Part shown: piece by piece, positions 49,988-58,283 of the stretch
Position numbering within the stretch: the stretch's first letter is position 1
How the letters are laid out: every line of letters begins with the position of its first letter
Assembly: GCA_963702205.1 (NCBI GenBank)
Contig: OY969724.1
Span: 2,752,001 to 2,816,000 of the forward strand
Length of the DNA: 64,000 bases
Direction: 5' to 3'
Origin: an uncultured candidate division Zixibacteria bacterium
Lineage (GTDB): Bacteria; Zixibacteria; MSB-5A5; GN15; PGXB01
Made by a program: the position numbers and the translations under genes
The notes under the pieces: generated by a model
Seen by the model: the letters and a program-made list of their open reading frames with translations, nothing else
Told to the model about the DNA's origin: nothing
Databases searched by the model: none

Positions 49988-50641
49988 CTAATCCGTAAAC
50001 TGGAACCCCTTGACGATTTCGGCAAAGTCTTTTTCGAGCGTATCAAAATACCGCCATTCGCCGATGAAATGCATCATATAAATATTATCATCCTTCTTGG
50101 CGAAAAATACCGACCCACCCTGGAAATCCGTCACGATCTCGCCTCGGTCCGAATTCGAACCAGCCCCTTGAATCGATATGGTATATTGAAGCTGTAAGGT
50201 GATTTGGACTCCTTCACCGTCGCCGACAGGGACCTTAAATCGTCTCCGCAACTGGTAGTCGCCATAGAGAATGGGGAATTCGGACAATATCTTCTTTTTC
50301 TCGTCGGACTTGTAGTCATCGGACAATAGCGAGTCCACGAACATATCCAGCGGCAACGACGTCGTATCCACCATTACCGTTACTTTGGGCGTCGTCGTAT
50401 AATTCGGGACCCTCGTATAGGCCGGGGGAATGTCATATTTTTTTTCGGTGAGGATAAGGCGAACCGGGTCATCGCTTTTCTTTGTGCTGGCTTTCCAGAG
50501 ATCATTGAAGGTGATTTTGAAGGGGTATGTGCCGTCCGTGTAGGTGTTACCGTCAACTTCACCCGACTTGCTCTTTTTCCGGGCCTGAGCTGCGGAAAAT
50601 ACTAAGGCTGTCATTACGAAAGCAATTATAAATCTCTTCAT
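49988..50641 (-). CDS. Secreted hypothetical protein
   Basis: GGAGG SD; signal peptide ending AQA. Confidence 0.8.
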   Translation of the reverse strand: MKRFIIAFVMTALVFSAAQARKKSKSGEVDGNTYTDGTYPFKITFNDLWKASTKKSDDPVRLILTEKKYDIPPAYTRVPNYTTTPKVTVMVDTTSLPLDMFVDSLLSDDYKSDEKKKILSEFPILYGDYQLRRRFKVPVGDGEGVQITLQLQYTISIQGAGSNSDRGEIVTDFQGGSVFFAKKDDNIYMMHFIGEWRYFDTLEKDFAEIVKGFQFTD

Positions 50642-50722
50642 TTTATTCCTCCCTCAGGTTTTCTAACTATTTATCCATTATACAATTACAAGTCAAGACA
50701 TATTTATTTTTTTTGGCAACAG

Positions 50723-51847
50723 TTACTTGGCCGTAATTTCGGCCCGTTTTTCGGAGTGGACGTGCCCCTTTTTATATTGATCAAAAAGGCGGCCCCACTC
50801 GGTGCGGGAGTATTTGCGGATAATCGATTTGCCGACAGTGGGATACCAGAACCAGTCGTGGTATATATTGCTGGCCATCGGAGCCCAGACCACAAGGGGC
50901 GAATGAAGAGCCACTTTTTCGAGGAATTTGAGCGGGCCCTTGCGAAGCATCTGATCACCCCAGATGACAAACGACTTTTTCGTTTGAAAATGAAAATTAA
51001 TCTCGGCGATGTCTTCGCCCAAAACCTCGATGTCTCTTACATCGGCCACGCCCAGACCCTTTTCATGGCACATTCTTAAATATGGAATGCTCAGCGGATC
51101 GAAGCCCATCAGTTTGGCCGCGATGGCGTCGATCGCCACCGAATCGGCCGAAGCCAATATCAGATTTTTGGAGTGCGGGGTCATGGTTCGCGGACCGGCC
51201 CCGTCGCCACAGACGGTTCCGTCCATGACGGCCAGAATATTCGGGTGCAGCTCCTTCTGCATCATCAACAGGTCGACCAGGACTTCGTGCATATACTTAT
51301 GAGCATAATGCCGGACCTCTTTGAGCAGTCCCCCGAAAGAATTCTTTATCGCCCCGGTCGTGGTCGAATGGCCGTGCGTTTTGACGGTCGGAAGATGGAT
51401 AATCTGCTTCCCGATGTACATCCTGGGAATTTCGATACCCTCGGGGAATATTTCGTTGAGCTTGAGGAGCTTTGATTTGAAATTAAAGACGGTCCACTCG
51501 ACTTCAGGCAGGGCCGTGAATTTAAGCCCGTATTTGTCGAGGACAGGCAGCCACAGGTTGTTGCGCGCGCCTTTCCACGGATGCGTCACGACCGTTTTGT
51601 TTTCGAGCGGGAAAAGCTTATCGGTAGGATAACCGTCTTCAACCAGAGTCTTAACCAACCCCTCGACCTGCCAGGGCTGCGAGGAACAGGCCGGGAAATA
51701 TTTGGTCCAGGACAGGTTCAATTTTATGATCGTATCCTGATTGATATCAATTATGGATTTGTAGTTTATGAGTTCGAGCAGACGGCGATAATCATGGACA
51801 ACATTTTCGGTATTGGTTTTGAGGACGGCAACCTGTGATTTTGACAT
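50723..51847 (-). CDS. DUF362 domain protein
   Basis: LPTVKTHGH..TTGAIKN.FG, DG...GDG.GP, D.VAIDA...KLMG. Confidence 0.85.
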   Translation of the reverse strand: MSKSQVAVLKTNTENVVHDYRRLLELINYKSIIDINQDTIIKLNLSWTKYFPACSSQPWQVEGLVKTLVEDGYPTDKLFPLENKTVVTHPWKGARNNLWLPVLDKYGLKFTALPEVEWTVFNFKSKLLKLNEIFPEGIEIPRMYIGKQIIHLPTVKTHGHSTTTGAIKNSFGGLLKEVRHYAHKYMHEVLVDLLMMQKELHPNILAVMDGTVCGDGAGPRTMTPHSKNLILASADSVAIDAIAAKLMGFDPLSIPYLRMCHEKGLGVADVRDIEVLGEDIAEINFHFQTKKSFVIWGDQMLRKGPLKFLEKVALHSPLVVWAPMASNIYHDWFWYPTVGKSIIRKYSRTEWGRLFDQYKKGHVHSEKRAEITAK

Positions 51848-52710
51848 TATCTTTCGAATCCTATTTTCTTTCTTTTTATCGTACCAAGATAATCCCTGGC
51901 CGAATAAAAATCAAATTTCCTGAACAACTTTTCCAGCTTTATCATCAGCGTGGAAATCGACCCATACTGACGGTATTTCTGCAGGGCATTCAACCCGTCC
52001 AATTTCGGATGCTCGCGGTCTATTTCCCACGGGTGTATATATAATACGGCGGGACGTTTATCGGCGTTAAGGCGATTAATCATCCACGCCGTAAACCAGA
52101 GTGGGCCATGGCGGAGATACCCTCCCCCGCCAACCGGGAAATTTTTGCCGAATATTCTTATGGTTGAAGCCGGGACTTCATACAGCGTCATGCCGTTATC
52201 GAGCTGCATACGAAACGTGCCGGTCGGGGCATCCGGCTCACCATAGAGATCGTGCGCGATGGGAAAAAGCGATGAATCGTACTCGAAACCCAGTTCGGCC
52301 AAAACTTCGAAGGCCCACTGAATTCTGGAGTTGATCGACCAGCTCGGAGCCCGGTATCCGACCGGGGAGATTCCGGTGGCCTTGAAAATGGCGTTGACGG
52401 CCATCTCCGTATCGCGTTTGAATTCATCGCGATCCAGAGTATCGACACGACGGTGATAATAACTGTGACAGCCGATTTCGTGGCCGGCTATTGCAATTTC
52501 TTTTATAATCTGCGGGAATTTTTCGGCCACCCAGCCCAGGACAAAAAACGTGGCCCGGACATGATAGTCAGCGAACAGCGAAAGTATCTCCCGCGTATTT
52601 TTCTCCACTCTTTTGGGAAGGTCTTCCCATTCTTCGCGGGCGATTACATCGCGAAGGTTCTCGACCACGAACCATTCTTCGAGGTCGACAGTCAGAATAT
52701 TGGTAACCAT
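51847..52710 (-). CDS. Polysaccharide deacetylase (XrtA/PEP-CTERM-associated type, DUF3473)
   Basis: TVDLEEWF, ATFFVLG, HEIGCHSYYH, GYRAPSWS, GGGYLR, YIHPWEID. Confidence 0.92.
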   Translation of the reverse strand: MVTNILTVDLEEWFVVENLRDVIAREEWEDLPKRVEKNTREILSLFADYHVRATFFVLGWVAEKFPQIIKEIAIAGHEIGCHSYYHRRVDTLDRDEFKRDTEMAVNAIFKATGISPVGYRAPSWSINSRIQWAFEVLAELGFEYDSSLFPIAHDLYGEPDAPTGTFRMQLDNGMTLYEVPASTIRIFGKNFPVGGGGYLRHGPLWFTAWMINRLNADKRPAVLYIHPWEIDREHPKLDGLNALQKYRQYGSISTLMIKLEKLFRKFDFYSARDYLGTIKRKKIGFER

Positions 52711-52731
52711 GACGACAGACTAAAGAAGATT

Positions 52732-53442
52732 TCAGCTTTTGGCGGATTTGGGCTTGTACTGGTAGCCATAATAATTATAATCGTAATAGTGCGGCAATGC
52801 CCGATCGAGGTTGTTGACCACGACGCCTATGAACTTGCCTTTGTTCCCGGCCAGCAGTTCGCTGGCCCGCGTTACGACCGATTTCTGCGTTCCTCCGGCC
52901 TTGACGACCATGATGGCGCCGTCGACTTCGTCAAGTAATATAAGCGGGTCCATGACCGGTACGAGCGGCGGAGAATCGACCAGTATCAGGTCATAATAAA
53001 ATTTCATTTCATCCATGATGCGATGAATATCGACACCGTTGATGACCTCGGACGGGTTATGAATCATGCGTCCGGCCGTCATAATGTCGAGGTTTTCCTC
53101 CGACGTATTTTTCACTACGGAACGGGCCGCCCTTTTGTCCATCAAAATATCCGAGACGCCTTTGTCGAGCGGCAGCGAAAACAGCCGGTGGACCGTCGGG
53201 CGCCTGAGGTCAAAATCGATCAGGAGGGTTTTTTTCTTTTTCAGCACCGCCGCCGTCATGGCAAGAAAAGCCGAAACGATCGACTTACCTTCGGAAAGTA
53301 TCGCCGATGTTACCAGCAGGGCTCGTTTTTCACCGCCGTTGCCGCTTCCGTTTATATTATGCAAAAGCCGCCGGAATTCGGTCGTCTCCGGGGCCTCCAC
53401 GTCAAAATATTCGAGTATCGATGGTTTCTTTTGCTGGGCCAT
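52732..53442 (-). CDS. CpsD/CapB family bacterial tyrosine kinase
   Basis: SEGKS Walker A, LLIDFDLRRP, VDSPP, C-terminal Tyr cluster YYDYNYYGYQY; ATG 53442 with GAGGGG SD. Confidence 0.92.
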   Translation of the reverse strand: MAQQKKPSILEYFDVEAPETTEFRRLLHNINGSGNGGEKRALLVTSAILSEGKSIVSAFLAMTAAVLKKKKTLLIDFDLRRPTVHRLFSLPLDKGVSDILMDKRAARSVVKNTSEENLDIMTAGRMIHNPSEVINGVDIHRIMDEMKFYYDLILVDSPPLVPVMDPLILLDEVDGAIMVVKAGGTQKSVVTRASELLAGNKGKFIGVVVNNLDRALPHYYDYNYYGYQYKPKSAKS

Positions 53443-53449
53443 AACCCCT

Positions 53450-54574
53450 CTAATTATCCGACTTGGCAATATCCGTGGTCGTATCGCAAATGCGGGAATA
53501 TTCATCCTCGCTGAGTTTCAAAGCCCTGCCGGCCGCTCTGAAGCCCGGATTCAATTCAAGGCCTTTTTTCAGGTATTCTATGCCTTTCTGCCAATCAAAG
53601 CGGGCCTGGTGCAAATAACTCAGAGCCAGTTCATAGAACAAGTCAACGTAATTCGGGTTCCGGGTGAGTTCGTTTTCGAGATAAGAAATGCGTTCGGTAA
53701 TCTGGCTGCGGCTCACCCAGTCGGTGTACATCAGGAAGCGGTCGAAATATTTGGCTTTCTTGGTCATGCGGCTTTTCTTAAAATTATCCCGCACCTTTAC
53801 TATCAGATCATATGCTTCCTGCAGATTGTTATCGGACAGGGCCTCCAGCGATTGCGAATATTCTCTCGACTTGAAATCCGGCTGAATGACGGTCGCTTTG
53901 CTCAGATAATCGAGTGCTTTGGATTTCAATTCCGAATACATATCGAAATCCTCGTGGCTGATGCCGTTATGGATGTACGTCAGCGCGAGATTCAAATACG
54001 CCTCTGCATAGTAGACGTTTAACTTCAGAGCTTCTTCGAATTCAATGACGGCCCTTTTGATCGAACCGGCCGTCAGACACACCTCTCCGAGATTGTTGTG
54101 ATAATCGGCGAATCGAGGAGACAGTTCGACCGCTCTTTCGGCGGCTTTGGCGGCTTCTTCGGTATTTCCGCAAGCCGTTTCGGCCTGTGATAAAACGAAA
54201 AAGGCCTGATGATAATTATTGCGCAATTCGCACGACAGCCTCAATAAATTGCATGCCTCGGCATTTAGGCCTTTGTGAAACAAGGCCGAACCGAGATGGT
54301 ACAGAACTTCCGGATCACCTTTTTCTTTCGCTTCATGAATGCTCTTAAGCAGGAATTCCAGTTCTTCTTTCTTGCGATTGTGCGTCAATTTCAACAGATT
54401 CAGAAGCTCACCTTCGGGGGCGTCGTCGGAATATGGCATTACGCTTGATTCCAGCAGGTCGCCGTCCACGAACAGCGAACTGCGCACTACCTTCTGGCGC
54501 GTATCGTGCACTGTTTGCACCATAAATTCCTTTTTATCGTCAACCACCCGGCTGGTCAAATTATTTGATTCCAT
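53450..54574 (-). CDS. Cytoplasmic TPR-repeat protein
   Basis: P.FADYHNNLG, YAEAYLNLA, NPNYVDL..ELA TPR units. Confidence 0.85.
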   Translation of the reverse strand: MESNNLTSRVVDDKKEFMVQTVHDTRQKVVRSSLFVDGDLLESSVMPYSDDAPEGELLNLLKLTHNRKKEELEFLLKSIHEAKEKGDPEVLYHLGSALFHKGLNAEACNLLRLSCELRNNYHQAFFVLSQAETACGNTEEAAKAAERAVELSPRFADYHNNLGEVCLTAGSIKRAVIEFEEALKLNVYYAEAYLNLALTYIHNGISHEDFDMYSELKSKALDYLSKATVIQPDFKSREYSQSLEALSDNNLQEAYDLIVKVRDNFKKSRMTKKAKYFDRFLMYTDWVSRSQITERISYLENELTRNPNYVDLFYELALSYLHQARFDWQKGIEYLKKGLELNPGFRAAGRALKLSEDEYSRICDTTTDIAKSDN

Positions 54575-54634
54575 CGCTTTCTCCCAATCATGAAAGCCGT
54601 GTATTGAAACTAATTAATAACTCACGTTACTTCA

Positions 54635-55651
54635 TTATGGATTATTATTATTATTGTTATTGTTCAAGGTCGTAATCAGCAGCACCGCCGTTGATACCGC
54701 TCCGAGCAAAGTCACAACGTCCGACAGGCTCCCTCCAATCCCGAAAATACCGGAGCGCTTTTGCCCCATCACGATCGTATCTTCCGGCCGGATAAAGTAC
54801 CTGCCGGGTTCCCCCGACTTTTCGTACTTCTTTAAATTGAATTCCAGCGTCTGCGTTTTAAGGCCGTCTTTGGTTATCACGGTAACCGTCTTCAGGTTCG
54901 CCTCGGGGGTCGGTCCGCCGGCCAAAGCGATGGCATCAAGAAGGTCAATATTTTCCACGAGATCGTGATGACCCGGCAAATTCACTTCCCCGACCGCATA
55001 AAACAAGTTTTTGCCAGCGGCTCGCTCGGCCACCGTTCTTCCCGGCAAACCGGCCGGAGCCGGAGGAATTTCGATAGTGTCATCGGAGTAGATTTTGGGC
55101 AGCTGGTCGCGATGCCCGGATGTCATAAGATTCGAGACGTTGAACACCTCGACCTGCCCGGAGCGTTCACCGCCCCGAATGATTGTGACATGGGTCAGGT
55201 CTCCGGTTTCGGTTATCCCTCCGGCCTCATTGATAATGGTCCAGAGATCGGGAATGACTTCAAACGTATATTTTCCCGGGTTGTGCACCTGGCCGGAAAT
55301 AAAGACTTTGAGATTGCCATAGACGCTGACCCTGACCACGACCTGAGAAATGGCTTTGTTATATCGTGACATCTGCCGGATAATCTGTTTTTCCAGTTCG
55401 GTAGTAGTCAGGCCGGCCGCTTCCACTTCGCCAATGATATCCAGTGAGATCTTTCCGTCCTGCTGAACCGTCACGACCGCGTCGTGAGTACTATCCTGCC
55501 AGAATTTGACTTCCAGAACGTCGCCGGGGCCGATAATATATCCCTCGGCCACGATATCCACCGCGACGGATAAAATGACAACACCCAATATCAGCGCGAA
55601 AAGAAGCGTCGTGTTAAAATTGGATTTTTGATTTATTCGTTTTTTTTCCAT
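54635..55651 (-). CDS. Polysaccharide export protein (Wza-like, SLBB domains)
   Basis: YIIGPGDVL, DGKISL..IGEVEAAGLT, GQVHNPG and GEVNLPG SLBB units; likely start ATG 55651. Confidence 0.9.
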   Translation of the reverse strand: MEKKRINQKSNFNTTLLFALILGVVILSVAVDIVAEGYIIGPGDVLEVKFWQDSTHDAVVTVQQDGKISLDIIGEVEAAGLTTTELEKQIIRQMSRYNKAISQVVVRVSVYGNLKVFISGQVHNPGKYTFEVIPDLWTIINEAGGITETGDLTHVTIIRGGERSGQVEVFNVSNLMTSGHRDQLPKIYSDDTIEIPPAPAGLPGRTVAERAAGKNLFYAVGEVNLPGHHDLVENIDLLDAIALAGGPTPEANLKTVTVITKDGLKTQTLEFNLKKYEKSGEPGRYFIRPEDTIVMGQKRSGIFGIGGSLSDVVTLLGAVSTAVLLITTLNNNNNNNNP

Positions 55652-55789
55652 CCCTGGTTTCCTTATACGCCCCGCTCGTAGCGGGGGTCCATTATTTGTT
55701 ATCGGCAATTATCTTATGATATATATTTTATGCCCCGAAGACATTCAACTAATTTATTTAAACCAAATGCTATTGCAAAACCGCATCAA

Positions 55790-57436
55790 TCAGCCTGGGG
55801 ATGACGGGGGCGACATTTCCGGCTCGAACATTTGTGAACAGTTGCGGCCTGAGGCTTTGGCATCCAGCAGCGCCAGGTCGGCCGAATGAACCAGGTCCTC
55901 CCCGGTTTTGGCGTCGGTCGGGAAAACCGCACCGCCGATCGAGACCGAATAGAATATCTCTTCCGGGACGTCTTTTAAAGACACCGGCGAAGAAGCGATT
56001 TTCTGCCGCAGACGTTCCATAAAATGATGAGTGTTGTCTTTATCGGTCTCGGGCAGTATCAAGCAAAATTCATCCCCTCCATAACGAGAGACGACATCGA
56101 TCGCACGAACCGATTCCGTCAACATCTGTGCAAATGAGATCAGGAGCCGGTCGCCCGCCTGATGGCCAAAGCGATCATTGATGGTCTTGAGGCTGTCAAT
56201 ATCCATAATCAAGAGCGCAATCGGATGGGGGTATCGTTTGGCCCTGCCGATTTCTTCTTCGAGCCGGGACCGGAAAAATCTGTAATTGTGGACTTCGGTA
56301 AGGCCATCGGTATAAGACAGCTCCTCGGCTTGTTCGAGCCTGTGGATGTTTTCGATTATGGGTCGCGCATCGCGGCGGAAACGGTCTAATTTATCTTCAA
56401 TTTCGTCGGGTTTGTTTTTTGACGACCACCCTATAAGCGCCCTGACGCCATCGGTCCACGGCATAGTCGTTACGAAGTCGATCTTATTTTGCCGCATCGT
56501 ATCCGCGGCGGATTTCAATGATGGTGGCAATTCGGAGTCGTCTTTTACGGCCCGAATTTTGGATCCTTCCCAACCCGAGCCGGATTTCAGCAGGGTTTCA
56601 CGAAGGGCCGCCTTTCCCCTGTCATCGAGGTTCCAGTCGAACGATATAAATGAATCCCTCGAACCCGACGACCCGGCATAAAAGAACATCCTTGAAAAAT
56701 CGCACTCCTTGCGCAGCATATCGACCAGTTCGGCGGCAAGACGGCGGCTGTCCTTAATGCGCAAAATCGACGGCAAATTGCGGGCTACAATCGAAGTTCC
56801 GTCCCCGCTTGTCGTCCGGCCGACACGTTTAATCCTGTTTTCGCTGATTTTAATCGTTTTTTCCTGAAAGTAAATATGATAGGCGGTGGCGAGATTCAAC
56901 GCCAACGCCGAAGTCAAAAGCTGGACGATTCTGTTTTTCTTGTCAAGATCGGTGTGAATTAAGTACAACCCATAAAACCTGTCCCGGCTGAATACCGGGA
57001 AAAACAAGTTCAACCCCAGCCCCTGAATCTTTTTGGCATAGTCATCGCCGAGGATATTTTTAAGCTCCGAAATGTCTTCGGCCGCCGAGAATTGCCTCAA
57101 GCCGTCCTGAATGGCCCTGGTTAGCTGCATCCTGAAAAAATGTCTTGGCGGAATTTTCAAGCCGCTGAAATAATTCAACTCCAGATTTTCGTGGTAATTC
57201 TTGAGATAAACAATTCGCTGGCAGGCCATGTGTTGTTTCAAAATATCCGAAACCTGCCCGGCAATATTCTGAATATTACCGGTCCGGCCGTTGGCTTCAA
57301 AGGCCCTAATAAGGCCGTCGACAGCCTCCCGGCGCAGATTGACAAGGCCCTTTTCCGTCCGATGACGGCGCCATAAAAGCACCGACAAAATCAACGTACA
57401 AAGACCCAGAGCGATTATTAAGACATCCTGCCACAT
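55790..57436 (-). CDS. Diguanylate cyclase with N-terminal TM and GAF-like region
   Basis: TDGLT..HNYR, DIDSLK.IND.FGH..GD, intact GGDEF, RxxD I-site (RAID). Confidence 0.93.
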   Translation of the reverse strand: MWQDVLIIALGLCTLILSVLLWRRHRTEKGLVNLRREAVDGLIRAFEANGRTGNIQNIAGQVSDILKQHMACQRIVYLKNYHENLELNYFSGLKIPPRHFFRMQLTRAIQDGLRQFSAAEDISELKNILGDDYAKKIQGLGLNLFFPVFSRDRFYGLYLIHTDLDKKNRIVQLLTSALALNLATAYHIYFQEKTIKISENRIKRVGRTTSGDGTSIVARNLPSILRIKDSRRLAAELVDMLRKECDFSRMFFYAGSSGSRDSFISFDWNLDDRGKAALRETLLKSGSGWEGSKIRAVKDDSELPPSLKSAADTMRQNKIDFVTTMPWTDGVRALIGWSSKNKPDEIEDKLDRFRRDARPIIENIHRLEQAEELSYTDGLTEVHNYRFFRSRLEEEIGRAKRYPHPIALLIMDIDSLKTINDRFGHQAGDRLLISFAQMLTESVRAIDVVSRYGGDEFCLILPETDKDNTHHFMERLRQKIASSPVSLKDVPEEIFYSVSIGGAVFPTDAKTGEDLVHSADLALLDAKASGRNCSQMFEPEMSPPSSPG

Positions 57437-57463
57437 ATACTTGCAAAGACTTCCTCAATTTAA

Positions 57464-57491
57464 AATATACTTAATTAAAAGTTCATGTCAA
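57464..57491 (-). promoter_or_regulatory. Sigma70-type promoter of the GGDEF gene
   Basis: TTGACA-N16-TATATT on the minus strand. Confidence 0.6.
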
Positions 57492-57498
57492 CGATATA

Positions 57499-57816
57499 TC
57501 AGGAGTGCTTCCAGGATCGACGGGCAAAACGAAATCTTGATTTGCGCAGAGCCAGACCTTTGTTTTTCAGTATCTTGAAAACCCTCCACCAGCTTATGTC
57601 ACAGTGCGGAATGGATTCTTCGACAACAACCTTTAGTTCGGAAATTGTATAAAACGGGTCTTTTTTAATAGCGTCAAGGACGACCGATTCGGCATTGGCC
57701 GAGACGGCGATATGCATTCCCGGATCAAGGCTGGGCTTCTGGCCCCCCGATGGCGACATGACCGAAGCTATAGTCGGAAGGTCTTCAACGACGGTTGTGA
57801 CGCCGCCTACCGGGGC
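57499..57816 (-). CDS. HTH-like domain; probable -1 frame extension of the STAS gene
   Basis: Frame is open from the A9 run (57817-57825) to TGA at 57499; ATG 57759 has no SD; contains AIKKDPFYTISEL...ISWWRVFKILKNKGL. Confidence 0.65.
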   Translation of the reverse strand, partial: APVGGVTTVVEDLPTIASVMSPSGGQKPSLDPGMHIAVSANAESVVLDAIKKDPFYTISELKVVVEESIPHCDISWWRVFKILKNKGLALRKSRFRFARRSWKHS

Positions 57817-58199
57817 TTTTTTTTTAGGGTCCCTCGTTCCGAAGACCCTTCAAAATCGCCTTTAGCCATGTTTACGCTATCGTAGGAACTCAAAATATTG
57901 TCGAATTCCAAAAGTTCATAAATCTCGTAAACATTGGCCACCATATTGGCCAGCTTGATATCGCCGCTTTTGTCCCGAATTTCCTTGATACGAGAGATAA
58001 ATATGCCCCATCCGGCCGATGAGATATAATCCACTCCGGCCAGATCGAGAATAATTTTGTACCGGCCTCGTTTCAAAAGCCGTTCGAGCACTTCTTCCAG
58101 ATTGGTGGCGGTGAGTGTATCTATCACACCGTCGATACGCACGACCGACACATCGGCGTCGCGACCGCTTTCCGAAACGGATATCTTAATGTTCTCCAT
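57807..58199 (-). CDS. Anti-sigma factor antagonist (STAS domain)
   Basis: G.ID..T...L, DLAGVDYISSAG with the phospho-acceptor Ser, GDIKL. Confidence 0.93.
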   Translation of the reverse strand: MENIKISVSESGRDADVSVVRIDGVIDTLTATNLEEVLERLLKRGRYKIILDLAGVDYISSAGWGIFISRIKEIRDKSGDIKLANMVANVYEIYELLEFDNILSSYDSVNMAKGDFEGSSERGTLKKKPR

Positions 58200-58283
58200 A
58201 CCCTGATATTATAGGCTTTTTCCCTGCCTGTCCCCAAGAAAAAAATTTACTTTTTTAATATTTTATCAATAAATAGAATCCGG

